DNA from: Dehalococcoidia bacterium
GTDB taxonomy: Bacteria; Chloroflexota; Dehalococcoidia; SpSt-223
Assembly (NCBI GenBank): GCA_025054935.1
Contig: JANWZD010000006.1
Span: 24,228 to 88,227, forward strand
Direction: 5' to 3'
Length of the DNA stretch: 64,000 nt
Shown in pieces: positions 1 to 9,620 of this stretch (the first letter of the stretch is position 1; each line of letters starts with the position of its first letter). Below the pieces are notes generated by a model. It was not told the DNA's origin. It searched no databases and saw only the letters and a list, made by a program, of their open reading frames with translations. The translations under genes were made by a program, and so were the position numbers.

Positions 1-1029
1 ACGGACCGCTTCGTTCAACTTGCAATTGCGGCGGCGCGCCAAGCCGTCGACGATGCTGGCATCGAGGTGCGCGACCAGCCCGACATCGGCGCAATCGTCG
101 GCAGCGGCATCGGCGGAATCGCTACCCTCGCTGAGCAGATCCGCGTCCTCCACGAGCGCGGGCCAAGCCGCGTCAGTCCCTTCCTCGTACCGATGATGAT
201 CGTCGATATGGCGTCGGGGCAGGTCTCGATCCAGCTGGGATGCAAAGGCCCGAACTATGCCGTTGTTTCCGCCTGCGCAACGGGCGCGGATGCAATCGGC
301 GCCGCCTTTGAGACAATCCGGCGGGGCGATGCGCGGGCGATGATCGCCGGCGGCACCGAAGCGGCCATAACCCCTATCGGCATTGCGGGGTTCGCGGCCG
401 CCCGGGCACTGTCGACGCGCAACGACGACCCTCCCCGCGCCTCGCGCCCCTTCGACGCCGAACGTGACGGCTTCGTCATGGGAGAAGGAGCGGCCGTGCT
501 CGTCCTCGAGTCGCTCGAGTCTGCGCTGGCACGGGGGGCGAAGATCTACTGCGAACTCGCAGGCTACGCCGCAACTGCCGATGCCTACCATATCACCCAG
601 CCCTCCGAAGGAGGCGAGGGCGGCGTGCGAGCGATGCGCCAAGCTCTCCGTTCAGCTGGGCTGACCGCCGATGAGGTCGATTACATCAACGCCCACGGCA
701 CCTCCACCGAACTGAACGACAAGCTGGAGACCGTGGCGATTAAGACCGTGTTTGGGGAACGCGCCTACCAGATCCCCATCAGTTCCACGAAGTCGATGAC
801 TGGACATCTGCTGGGGGCTGCGGGGGCGTTTGAGGCCGTCGTCTGTGCCAAGACGATCGAGACCGGGTGGATCCATCCGACCATCAACCGGACAACGCCT
901 GACCCGGAGTGCGACCTCGATTATGTCGTGGAAGGAGCGCGTCAGGCGCGGGTGCGGGTGGCGCTCTCAAACTCGCTCGGTTTCGGCGGCCACAACGCAA
1001 CGCTTGTTTTCCGGGCGTTCGAGCAATAG
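1..1029 (+). CDS. fabF: 3-oxoacyl-ACP synthase II (5' end outside window)
   Basis: Frame open from base 1 ([15 protein letters not shown]...). Motifs SACATG (catalytic Cys), [31 protein letters not shown]. Confidence 0.96.
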   Translation, partial: TDRFVQLAIAAARQAVDDAGIEVRDQPDIGAIVGSGIGGIATLAEQIRVLHERGPSRVSPFLVPMMIVDMASGQVSIQLGCKGPNYAVVSACATGADAIGAAFETIRRGDARAMIAGGTEAAITPIGIAGFAAARALSTRNDDPPRASRPFDAERDGFVMGEGAAVLVLESLESALARGAKIYCELAGYAATADAYHITQPSEGGEGGVRAMRQALRSAGLTADEVDYINAHGTSTELNDKLETVAIKTVFGERAYQIPISSTKSMTGHLLGAAGAFEAVVCAKTIETGWIHPTINRTTPDPECDLDYVVEGARQARVRVALSNSLGFGGHNATLVFRAFEQ

Positions 1030-1039
1030 CGCCGAGGGG

Positions 1040-1048
1040 TGGTACAAT
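1040..1048 (+). promoter_or_regulatory. Putative extended -10 element (TGgTACAAT)
   Basis: TGnTACAAT about 45 nt upstream of the ATG at 1094; GGAGG/AGGA SD-like sequence between them. Confidence 0.45.
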
Positions 1049-1093
1049 CGCCGCGCCGACCTGCAAGTAATCATCGGCGGAGGGTAGGACCGT

Positions 1094-2164
1094 ATGACGA
1101 CCGAACCAACCGTGAGCCAACCCGGACTGGTGCTCGGTCCCGGCCCTGAAGGGTGGTGGGATTCGGAGCGCGTCTCCTCCCCTCAAGTGCTGCGCGATGA
1201 CGACGGCCTCTGGAAGATGTGGTACTACGGCCGCGACCCCGCTTTTGACCGGATGATCAATCTTCCTACCGGACGATGCGGCCTTGCGGTCTCCCGTGAC
1301 GGCGTCCACTGGGAGCGGGTCAAGGGCCCCCTGACGATGGGCGCAGTCTTCGAGCCGACCTCCGACCCGAACCGGTTCGACAACGCGCATGTGGGCGTCT
1401 CCGATATCCGCCGCGAGAACGGTCTCTACTGGATGTGGTACTTCGGCGGCGACCAGAGCACGATCGAACTGAAAATGGGGGAGCAGACGATCAAGGCGAA
1501 AGGGGTGCAGATGCGTCCCGGCTGCGCGATCTCGCGCGACGGGATCCATTGGGTGCGCCTCGACGGCCCTTACCGCGGCGCCTTCCTTGAGCCGGGCGCG
1601 CCTGGTGAGTTCGACGCGATGTTCTGCGCGTGGCCGCGCGTCATTCAGGTCGAGGATGGCAGCTACCTGATGTACTACCACACTCTCGACCGCGAGAAGG
1701 GATTTGTCGTCTGCCTCGCTTCGTCGCCCGACGGCTTCCGGTGGGAGAAGCGCGGTCCTATCCTTGGTCCCGGCGCACCCGGCTCGTTCGACGAGCGCGG
1801 CATCTCTTGCCGTCACGTTATCAAGCACGACGGCCAATACCTGATGTTCTACGAAGGCACCAACAACAGCAGCTATTACTGCATCGGCCTCGCCCTTTCT
1901 GACGACGGAATTCATTGGAGAAAGGACACCGAGGGCGAGCAGCCGGGCGGACCGGTCTTCTGCCATGCGCCGAAGGGCTCAGGGCGCTGGGATGCGCGCG
2001 CCGTCGGCACGCCCTGCGTCGTGAAGATGGACGACGGCAGTTTCCGGATGTACTACATCGGCGCGAATGAAGGCGGCTACGACGAGCTGTCCACCCAGCA
2101 CCAGATCGGGCTTGCCGTGAGCGATGGGCCGAACTACCGCCGCTGGCGACGCTGGGGGGAGTAA
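1094..2164 (+). CDS. Five-bladed beta-propeller glycoside hydrolase-like protein (GH32/43/130 clan)
   Basis: Repeated blades: (W/F)D...P.V...(W/Y)xMxYxG...GLAxSxDGxxW. No signal peptide. Confidence 0.75.
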   Translation: MTTEPTVSQPGLVLGPGPEGWWDSERVSSPQVLRDDDGLWKMWYYGRDPAFDRMINLPTGRCGLAVSRDGVHWERVKGPLTMGAVFEPTSDPNRFDNAHVGVSDIRRENGLYWMWYFGGDQSTIELKMGEQTIKAKGVQMRPGCAISRDGIHWVRLDGPYRGAFLEPGAPGEFDAMFCAWPRVIQVEDGSYLMYYHTLDREKGFVVCLASSPDGFRWEKRGPILGPGAPGSFDERGISCRHVIKHDGQYLMFYEGTNNSSYYCIGLALSDDGIHWRKDTEGEQPGGPVFCHAPKGSGRWDARAVGTPCVVKMDDGSFRMYYIGANEGGYDELSTQHQIGLAVSDGPNYRRWRRWGE

Positions 2165-3074
2165 CCACGCTGCTGGCGATGGGCCGGCGACAGCACCGCC
2201 CACCGTGACGATCACTCACGCCGACCGGCTGCTCTGGCCAGCAGAGGCGATTACCAAGGGTGACCTCGCCGACTACTACCGCGAGGTGGCGCCGCTCCTG
2301 CTCCGCTATGCCGCCGGCCGCCCGGCAACGTTGGTCGTCTTTCCGCGCGGCCGGGACGGCCCTTCCTACTACCGACGGGATCGCCCGAGCGACGCCCCAG
2401 CGTGGATCGGCAGTGTCTCCTATTCCCGGCGCTCTGCGCCGACCTCATCCACCCTCATCCTCCTCGCGCACCCCAATGACCTCCTCTGGTTCGTCAATCG
2501 GGGCGCGATCGAGGTGCATCTTTGGATGGCGCGGCTTCCTGACCTTGAGCATCCGGATCAGCTGGTGTTCGACCTTGACCCTGGAGACGATGCGCCCTGG
2601 GAAGCCGTGCTCGAATGCGGACGGCTGCTTCACGCCCTGCTCTCAGCGGCTGGCATCGAAAGCGTCGCAAAGACCAGCGGCGGCCGCGGCCTGCACGTCT
2701 ATGTGCCGATTGCGCCGGGCCCCTCGTTCGAGGAGGTTCGCCAGTGGGCGAAGGCAGTCGCCGATCATCTCGCCGCGGCGCGGCCCGACCTTGTCTCCGT
2801 CAGCGGAGGCGCGACCCACCGCGGGCAGCGTGTCACCATCGATTATGCGCAGAACAGCATCGGCAAGAATATGGCCGCGCCCTACACCGTACGCGCTCGG
2901 CCGGGGGCGCCGGTCTCAACCCCCCTTACTTGGGAGGAGGTGCACGCCGGAGCGGTGCACCCCAGCCAATTTACCGTGCGGACGATCCGCGACCGACTTG
3001 CGCAGGTCGGCGACGTGTTCGCCGCTGCGCTCAGCGCGCACCAGCGCCTGCCGGCGCCACCGCCTCCACCGTGA
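2124..3074 (+). CDS. ligD: Stand-alone LigD-type primase-polymerase (PolDom / Prim-Pol family); start may be GTG at 2205
   Basis: ITKGDLADYY, PDQLVFDLDP (DxD), KTSGGRGLHVY, IDYAQN, APYTVRARPGAPVSTPLTWEE. No ligase or phosphoesterase domain. Confidence 0.88.
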   Translation: MGRTTAAGDAGGSNHAAGDGPATAPPTVTITHADRLLWPAEAITKGDLADYYREVAPLLLRYAAGRPATLVVFPRGRDGPSYYRRDRPSDAPAWIGSVSYSRRSAPTSSTLILLAHPNDLLWFVNRGAIEVHLWMARLPDLEHPDQLVFDLDPGDDAPWEAVLECGRLLHALLSAAGIESVAKTSGGRGLHVYVPIAPGPSFEEVRQWAKAVADHLAAARPDLVSVSGGATHRGQRVTIDYAQNSIGKNMAAPYTVRARPGAPVSTPLTWEEVHAGAVHPSQFTVRTIRDRLAQVGDVFAAALSAHQRLPAPPPPP

Positions 3075-5046
3075 AGCCCGCCATATATCCCTCGTAGATT
3101 GCAAGCTGCAAGCGGCGCGGCGCCACGCAATCGCCGGCGGCGAGAACGGGCAGACCATCGGCAGCGAGGGCACGCGCGAGAGAGTCGTTCGCCCGGTAGC
3201 CCGTGTTCAGCACCACGGTATCGACACCCGTCAGCACCCTCGTGCGTTTGCCAGACACCGACTCGAGGCGGACGGTGGTGCCCTCGATCGCGGTGACGAG
3301 CGTGAGCGGCATCAGCTCGACGCCGGCCTCTTCCAAGTCGGCAATGACATAGGGAAACTCGGCGGTGAAGAGCAGGTCAGGCACGCCAATGTGAGGCGCA
3401 GAAGTGACAAGGGTCACGGCGCGATTGAGGCGGGCGAGGAAGAGCGCGATGCTTGCGCCGGGAGCATAGGCTTCTTCGTCATAGACTAGGACCCGCTGCC
3501 CGATTTGCTGGGGAAAGAGCAAGGCGTCCCAGCTTGTCAGCACGTTCGGCTGGTCGACACCCGGGATCGCGCCGCCGTGGGGACGGAGGGGACTGACACC
3601 GTTCCTGAGCGGGAACGATCCCGTTGCGACGACAATCGCATCTGCCTCGCGCAGAACCGGGTCGCGCGGCACAATCGTCCGGTTGAGCCGCACCGTGACC
3701 CCGCATTGCCGCAGCTGCCGCTCCTGCCATGCCGTGAACGCGGCGAGCCGTTCCCGATGAGGCGCGAGGGCAGCGATTGCAACTTGGCCGCCCAGCCGGT
3801 CGGTCGCTTCGTAGAGCGTCACGTCATGGCCGCGCAGCGCTGCCACGCGCGCCGCCTCCATGCCCGCAGGCCCGCCCCCGACCACAACGACGCGGCGCCG
3901 CTGGCCGTGGGGAACGAGCTGCTCGACCCCAATCGCTGCTTCGTACCCGAACGCAGGATTGACAACGCACTGCGTCTCTTTCCGCTGGTTCAGCCGCGCA
4001 ACGCAGTGATTGCAGAAGATGCATGGCCGAATGTCGTCGGCGCGGCCTTCGCGCGCTTTCCGCGTCCATTCGCCATCCGCGAGATGCTCGCGAGCAAGCG
4101 CCACGAGGTCGGCTTTTCCCTCGCGCACGATCCGCTCCGCGAGCGCGGGCGTGTCGATCTTGCCGGAGACATAGACGGGAAGGTCCACCGCCGCTTTGAT
4201 CCGCGCTGCGGCCGCAATCGCGTTGCCATCCGGAACGCGCATCCCCGGGATAACCTGCATCAAGTCGTAGTAGGAGCCGACCATCACGCCGAGATAGTCG
4301 ATGAGGCGGCTGCCGGCGACAAGCTGGCAGAACTCGACCGCTTCGTCAAGCGAGAACCCGTGCGGCATCTTGTGATCGGCGCTTGTCCGGATCCCGACCG
4401 TGAAGTCGGGGCCGACTTCGCGGCGGATCGCCGCCAAAATTTCCAAGATAATGCGGGCGCGATTCGTGAGTGGTCCGCCGTACTCATCCTCGCGGATATT
4501 GAGGGCCGGCGAGAGGAACGAGCCGAGGAGGTAGTCAACCGAGGTCTGGATGTCGACTGCGTCGAGCCCCGCCGCCTTGATATTGGCCGCCGTCCGCGCA
4601 TAGTGCTCGACAAGGTCATCGATCTGCGCTTTGGTGATCGCGATCGGCATCTCGCGATAGCTGCTCTGGATCGCCGACGGCGCCCACGACGGCTTGTAGG
4701 TCTCGGTCGACCAGGCGTTGTGGCCGATGTGGAGGATGATCGCCGAGATCACGCCGCCGTGACGGTGGACCACCTCAGCCTGCTGCGCCAGCCACTCGTT
4801 CGCCGAGCCGTCCCAGCCCCGGCGGCCGATCGGCGCGCGGGGCGAAGTGGAGGGATGGACCGGGGGAGCGTTCGTCATGATCCAGCCGACGCCCGCCCGC
4901 GCCCGCTCCGCAAGGTAGTCGAGCATCCGTTTGCCCGGCTCCTCCCAATCGACCAGCCCGACAAAGCCGTGAGGGGTCATCATAATCCGGTTAGGGACAC
5001 GCATCCGGCCCACCGTGATCGGCGTGAACAGCCGTTCGTAGAGCAT
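3031..5046 (-). CDS. NADH:flavin oxidoreductase, OYE/2,4-dienoyl-CoA reductase-like (TIM barrel + Fe-S + FAD/NAD domain)
   Basis: NRIMMTPH, YLLGSFLSP..N.REDEYGG, CIFCNHC..CVVNP Fe-S motif, VVGGGPAGMEAA Rossmann fold. Confidence 0.9.
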   Translation of the reverse strand: MLYERLFTPITVGRMRVPNRIMMTPHGFVGLVDWEEPGKRMLDYLAERARAGVGWIMTNAPPVHPSTSPRAPIGRRGWDGSANEWLAQQAEVVHRHGGVISAIILHIGHNAWSTETYKPSWAPSAIQSSYREMPIAITKAQIDDLVEHYARTAANIKAAGLDAVDIQTSVDYLLGSFLSPALNIREDEYGGPLTNRARIILEILAAIRREVGPDFTVGIRTSADHKMPHGFSLDEAVEFCQLVAGSRLIDYLGVMVGSYYDLMQVIPGMRVPDGNAIAAAARIKAAVDLPVYVSGKIDTPALAERIVREGKADLVALAREHLADGEWTRKAREGRADDIRPCIFCNHCVARLNQRKETQCVVNPAFGYEAAIGVEQLVPHGQRRRVVVVGGGPAGMEAARVAALRGHDVTLYEATDRLGGQVAIAALAPHRERLAAFTAWQERQLRQCGVTVRLNRTIVPRDPVLREADAIVVATGSFPLRNGVSPLRPHGGAIPGVDQPNVLTSWDALLFPQQIGQRVLVYDEEAYAPGASIALFLARLNRAVTLVTSAPHIGVPDLLFTAEFPYVIADLEEAGVELMPLTLVTAIEGTTVRLESVSGKRTRVLTGVDTVVLNTGYRANDSLARALAADGLPVLAAGDCVAPRRLQLAIYEGYMAGFTVEAVAPAGAGAR

Positions 5047-5120
5047 TGTTCCCTCTCCCCTCTTTGCGAACGCCAGGCTCTGCTGCGCGATCGCGTGACG
5101 CCAGTCTACACTGTCCCCTG

Positions 5121-6143
5121 ATGGAGAGCGCTCGGCTTGGTTTCATGGTGAACGGGCAGCAGCCGATGGCACTCCGGATCGCGGCGGCGCGCGATGCGGA
5201 AGCCGCAGGGTTCGGCAGCGTCTGGACCGCCGACGGCGCGGGCGACGTCCTGATCACCCTGACGGCGTTCGCGCTCGCCACCCGCCGCATTCGCCTCGGC
5301 TCGGGCGTCTTAGTCTGGAACCGGCCTCCGGTCATCACTGCAATCGCAGCGGGGCAGCTGGCAGAGCTGACGGAGGGGCGCTTCATTCTCGGCCTCGGCG
5401 CCGGGCCGCGGGAATGGAACGAACAGTGGTGGGGCATCCCCTTCGATCGGCCAATCGGGCGAATGCGCGAATACGTCGAGGTAATCCGAGGCGCGCTTGC
5501 TGCCAGCCCAAACGAGCCCTACAGCTACCACGGGCGTCATTTTCAAATCGAGGGCCTCGTTCGCGCCTTCCAGCGCACGGGGCGGAGCCTTCCGGCGGTG
5601 CCGCCGATCTGGCTGGGGACAACCGGGCCCCAGATGACGCGACTGGCCGGCCAGATCGCCGATGGCGTCCTTCTCAATCCAGCGCTCTCGGCGCGCTACC
5701 TCGCGACGGTCGCGGTGCCCGCCCTCCTCGCCGGCGCTCAGCGGGCTGGCCGCGATCGCCGCGCGCTGACCATCGGCGCTCTTGTTTCCTGCGTCGTTGA
5801 CCCTGACGAGCGGACAGCGCTGCGGCGCGTCAAGGCGACCATTCTCGCCCAGATCACACGCGACTATTTCCTGCGCGCCTGGCAAGACGACGGCTTCGGC
5901 GCTGACATTGCCCGTGCCCAAGCGAGCTGGCACCGCGGCGATATCGCCGGCGCCTTCGACGCGATCTCGGATGAGTTCGCCGCAACGGTCTGCGTCGCCG
6001 GGACAGCCGACCGCTGCCGGCAGCGCGTGGCCGCGCTGCTGGAGATTGTTGACTGGGTCGTCCTCGTCGTCCCCACATTCCTCACCGACGAAGCGACGTG
6101 GCAAGCGAACTGCCGGGCGCTCTTTGAGACGTTTGGCAGCTAA
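5121..6143 (+). CDS. LLM-class flavin/F420-dependent oxidoreductase
   Basis: AEAAGFGSVWTAD, TRRIRLGSGV, GRFILGLGAG, GPQMTRLAGQIADG. ATG at 5121 preferred over 5046. Confidence 0.88.
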   Translation: MESARLGFMVNGQQPMALRIAAARDAEAAGFGSVWTADGAGDVLITLTAFALATRRIRLGSGVLVWNRPPVITAIAAGQLAELTEGRFILGLGAGPREWNEQWWGIPFDRPIGRMREYVEVIRGALAASPNEPYSYHGRHFQIEGLVRAFQRTGRSLPAVPPIWLGTTGPQMTRLAGQIADGVLLNPALSARYLATVAVPALLAGAQRAGRDRRALTIGALVSCVVDPDERTALRRVKATILAQITRDYFLRAWQDDGFGADIARAQASWHRGDIAGAFDAISDEFAATVCVAGTADRCRQRVAALLEIVDWVVLVVPTFLTDEATWQANCRALFETFGS

Positions 6144-6200
6144 AATAGAGCTCATCGTGCGTTCGGCCTGCGATCAATCGAAACCGCCCGGGAGAGTGCA

Positions 6201-7862
6201 ATGGCAGTGCGGCGGCTAGCAGAGATCACCGATCTACCGGCAATCGAGACACGGATGTTCATTGGGCACGGACCGGCTGATTCGGCGTCGGGGCGGCGCT
6301 TCGAGACCATCTACCCGGCGACCAATGAGGTGATCGCCCGATTACCCGACGCGAGCCCCGAAGATGTCGACCGCGCGGTCACGGCGGCGCGGCAGGCCTT
6401 CGACCGCGGGCCGTGGCGCCAGATGCCCGTTGAAGCGCGGGTCGGGATCCTCAACCGGTTTGCCGGGATGCTGATGGCGGCCGCCGACGAAATCGGGCGC
6501 ATCCATTGTCTCGACACCGGCAAGACCCTGCGCGAAGCGACGAGCGAAGTGCGGGCCGCCGCTTTCCGTCTGCTCGATTTCGCCAGCCTCGCCAACATGC
6601 TTCGCGGCGAGACAATGCCTGACCACCCCGATCTCGAGCGATCGAGCCGGCGCGAGCCGATCGGCGTGGTTGCCGGTCTGCTGCCCTTCAATGTGCCGAT
6701 GATCTTTGCCGGCGGCAAGGCCGGCGCGGCGCTCGCTGCTGGCAACTGCATCATCCTCAAGCCCTCCCCCCTCGCCTCCCTCGCTGCCATCAAGTTTGTC
6801 GAGATCGGCAATCGGGCAGGGCTGCCGCCCGGCGTCCTCCAAGTGGTGACGGGAGGAAACGAGACCGCCGCCGCGCTTGCTCGCCACCCCGGCGTCGACC
6901 TGATCTCGCTCACCGGTTCCGTGGCCGCCGGGACAGCGATGATGCAGTACGCGGCGCCGACGATCAAAAAAGTGATCCTCGAACTCGGAGGAAAAGGGGC
7001 GAATATTGTCTTCGCCGACGCCGACCTCGACCTCGCTGTCCGAGGCGCCCTCGCGGCCATCTTCCCCGACGCCGGCCAGCGCTGCTTCGCCGGCTCCCGG
7101 CTGCTGATTGAGCGCTCCATCTTCGACCAGTTTCTCGAGAAGATGAGCGTGCGCGCCAAGCGGATCCGTCTCGGCGATCCTTTCGCGCCGGAAACGCAGA
7201 TGGGCCCCCTGATCACCGAGGCAGCGTTCCAGCGGGTGGCGCGGCGGGTAGAAGACGCCTGCAGCGCCGGCGGGCACGTCGTGATCGGCGGCCGCCGCCC
7301 AGCGCATCTCGAGATCGGCAACTATTACGAGCCCACCATCCTTATCAATGTCCCGACCACCCACGAGGTGATGCGCGAGGAGATCTTCGGGCCGGTCGTC
7401 TGCGCTCTTCCCTTCGACAGCGAAGAGGAAGCGATCGCCATCGCCAACGACACCCCGTACGGATTAGCGAGTGGTGTCTGGACGACGAATGTCAACCGCG
7501 CCGCGCGCGTTGTCCGCGGCCTCCGCACGGGCTGGGTGTGGGTCAATACGTGGGCAGTTCAGCAGACAGGCACACCACTTGGAGGCTGGAAGCAGAGCGG
7601 GCTGCTCCAGGAGAATGGGCTCCGGGGGCTCGAAGAGTATACCGAGGTCAAGAGCGTCATCATGGATATCACCGGCAAGACAGTGCCGTGGCCGGAGTCA
7701 GACGACGAGCCGGCCGCTCCTGCCGGCCCGCCGCCGGGGGTGATGGGGGCGGGCGGTCCGCCGCCCGGCGTGATGGGCGCGGGCGGTCCGCCGCCCGGGG
7801 TGACAGGCGCAGGCGGTCCGCCTCCGTGGGTGACGGGGGGCGGAGCGCCGCGCGGCGGCTAG
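6201..7862 (+). CDS. Aldehyde dehydrogenase with C-terminal Gly/Pro repeat tail
   Basis: LKPS, SLTGS, LELGGKG (catalytic Glu), GQRC (catalytic Cys), EEIFGPV, GGWKQSG. Confidence 0.93.
   Translation: MAVRRLAEITDLPAIETRMFIGHGPADSASGRRFETIYPATNEVIARLPDASPEDVDRAVTAARQAFDRGPWRQMPVEARVGILNRFAGMLMAAADEIGRIHCLDTGKTLREATSEVRAAAFRLLDFASLANMLRGETMPDHPDLERSSRREPIGVVAGLLPFNVPMIFAGGKAGAALAAGNCIILKPSPLASLAAIKFVEIGNRAGLPPGVLQVVTGGNETAAALARHPGVDLISLTGSVAAGTAMMQYAAPTIKKVILELGGKGANIVFADADLDLAVRGALAAIFPDAGQRCFAGSRLLIERSIFDQFLEKMSVRAKRIRLGDPFAPETQMGPLITEAAFQRVARRVEDACSAGGHVVIGGRRPAHLEIGNYYEPTILINVPTTHEVMREEIFGPVVCALPFDSEEEAIAIANDTPYGLASGVWTTNVNRAARVVRGLRTGWVWVNTWAVQQTGTPLGGWKQSGLLQENGLRGLEEYTEVKSVIMDITGKTVPWPESDDEPAAPAGPPPGVMGAGGPPPGVMGAGGPPPGVTGAGGPPPWVTGGGAPRGG
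7725..7844 (+). repeat. Four 30-bp tandem coding repeats (GPPPGVMGAG-like)
   Basis: Units at 7725, 7755, 7785 and 7815: ggcccgccgccgggggtgatgggggcgggc / ggtccgccgcccggcgtgatgggcgcgggc / ggtccgccgcccggggtgacaggcgcaggc / ggtccgcctccgtgggtgacggggggcgga. Confidence 0.92.
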
Positions 7863-7896
7863 GCGGCCGCTCTGCTTTGCCGAGCCGTGGCTTTTC

Positions 7897-9312
7897 CTAC
7901 TGCCCGCGCTGAATGAGGGTCAGGTCAACAAGCGAGTCGACCGAGGGCAGAACATCCAGGTCGGCAACTGCCGCGATCAGCGCCTCCACGCCGTCGGGAG
8001 AGAGCGGGAGTGCCCCTTCGAGAGCGCGAAGCCGCTCTCGCTCGGTCGCGAAATCCCACTTGAACTCCTCTCCGGTCATCTCATGCGTCAACGAGCGTCC
8101 ATCGACCGTGCGAATAGTGATGCGGGGAGCATACTGGCGGCGGGCGGCAGCGATGACGCGGGTGCGCCGAGCGAGCTCGGCGACGAGCGCAGGCATATCG
8201 AGCGGAGGGTCGGCGCCGCCGTAGGAGAGCCGGCGTCCCGTGGCGGGATAGCCTTTGGCGGCTAGAGCGGCGGCAGCAAAGTAGGGCGTGCTTCCGAAAT
8301 CCGCCGCAGCCGGCGGCAGGCGCGGAAAGCGGGGGCTCGGATAGACCGTCTCCCACGGGTTCATCTCGATTTCGATCGCCTCAACACGCTCGGGGACAAG
8401 CTCGTACTGCCGAGCGAGCCGCGCGACCGCTTCGATCACCGGCTGGTTGAAGCCTGCCGCCGAATAGATCTTCATCGTGACATCGAGGATCTCCCAGCGG
8501 CGGCCGAGATCGGCCGCAACGCTTGCCGGATCCCAGCGGGTCGCGCCCTCGAAACTGCCGCTCAACTCGCCGGCGGCGCTCCCCGTAAACGCGAAGAAGA
8601 ACCCGGCCGGTCCCTCGAGGCAGGTGGGAGCGCCCGTCGCCCCCGCACGGGCGAGCCGAGCAGCAAGCAGGCCGCTCAGGCAGAAAAGCGGCTCTTGATA
8701 CGTCATCTCGCGGCTGCCAGCACGGCTCGGCTCGAGAGGACCGCCGGCGTTCGCAACCGCAAGGGCGATCGCATGGGCCATCTCCTCGGGGCCAAGCTCA
8801 AGCATTCGCCCTGCCGCAACTGCCGCGCCGACGGCGCTGAAGACGGCGCTGGCGCGAAAGCCATGGTTTTGCACCGCCGGAACGATCTCGCGCGCGAGCC
8901 GGCATTGGACCTCGTATCCGGCGATGATGGCGGCGAGCAAGGCGCTGCCATCGCGCGGGCGGCGCTGCCCCTCGGCCAGAGCAGCCGGAAGGACAGCGGC
9001 ACCCGGATGGGTCAGCATGCGATAGGAGTCATCCTGCCCGCGGGCATGAAAGAGGAGGCTGGCGTGAAAGGCTGCCATCATCCGGCTCGCCGGCCGCCCC
9101 AGCCCGAGGAGACGTGCTGGGCCACCGGTCTCCTCGTCTGCGATCACCGCCAGCGCACGGGCAACGTCGGTGTCGCGGAGGCTGGCTAAGCCGACAAAAA
9201 GGGCGTGAAGCAGGACCGCCTTAGCCTTATCGACCACCGCCGGCGGGCAGTCGTCGGGGCGGAGCGTCGCAGCAAAGGCGGCCAGTTGCTGACTGAGCGA
9301 CGGGGCTGACGT
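7897..9312 (-). CDS. MmgE/PrpD family protein (homology extends upstream of the GTG at 9237 to an in-frame ACG at 9312)
   Basis: HARGQDD..THPGAAVLPAALA, GYEVQCR, LEGPAGFF, KIYSAAG. Upstream in-frame SLSQQLAAFAATLRPDDCPPAVVDKAK aligns with the N-terminus of the paralog at 55899-57311. Confidence 0.85.
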   Translation of the reverse strand, partial: TSAPSLSQQLAAFAATLRPDDCPPAVVDKAKAVLLHALFVGLASLRDTDVARALAVIADEETGGPARLLGLGRPASRMMAAFHASLLFHARGQDDSYRMLTHPGAAVLPAALAEGQRRPRDGSALLAAIIAGYEVQCRLAREIVPAVQNHGFRASAVFSAVGAAVAAGRMLELGPEEMAHAIALAVANAGGPLEPSRAGSREMTYQEPLFCLSGLLAARLARAGATGAPTCLEGPAGFFFAFTGSAAGELSGSFEGATRWDPASVAADLGRRWEILDVTMKIYSAAGFNQPVIEAVARLARQYELVPERVEAIEIEMNPWETVYPSPRFPRLPPAAADFGSTPYFAAAALAAKGYPATGRRLSYGGADPPLDMPALVAELARRTRVIAAARRQYAPRITIRTVDGRSLTHEMTGEEFKWDFATERERLRALEGALPLSPDGVEALIAAVADLDVLPSVDSLVDLTLIQRGQ

Positions 9313-9320
9313 AGCGACGC

Positions 9321-9575
9321 CTACTCGACAACCTGAAAGCGGACGCGATCGCTGGGTGTTCGCAAGTAGCGAATCCGCTTGTTCTCGACGCGTGCTGCGT
9401 GATTCAGCCGATTCTTGATCGTCGCCTTCTTTTCGTGAGGTTCGAGGGTGATTTCCCCTCCCTCGCCTACCTGAAGGTCAGCGAGAAAGCCGCGATACTC
9501 CTCGAGATACGAATTTCGCGGACGACCTTGGCTCTTCGTAAATGCTTCGCGAGGCAATCGCTCGAAATGGGCCAC
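9321..9575 (-). CDS. Small basic hypothetical protein (84 aa), possible nucleic-acid-binding protein
   Basis: Strong SD (AAGGAGG) before GTG, protein-like composition, upstream extended -10 element, GRPR motif. Confidence 0.72.
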   Translation of the reverse strand: MAHFERLPREAFTKSQGRPRNSYLEEYRGFLADLQVGEGGEITLEPHEKKATIKNRLNHAARVENKRIRYLRTPSDRVRFQVVE

Positions 9576-9620
9576 TCACTCCCTCCTTCACCGTTCTCCC
9601 TGCTTCTCGAACCGATCCAG

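Noticed and set aside
3505..5121. Long antisense ORFs (e.g. 3505-5121, 11650-13497, 22230-24602, 40907-42217)
   Set aside because: They are shadow frames opposite well-supported genes, typical of high-GC DNA, with no recognisable motifs.
7725..7844. CRISPR-like array
   Set aside because: The units are contiguous, spacer-less, in-frame and vary at synonymous positions; no cas genes are present.
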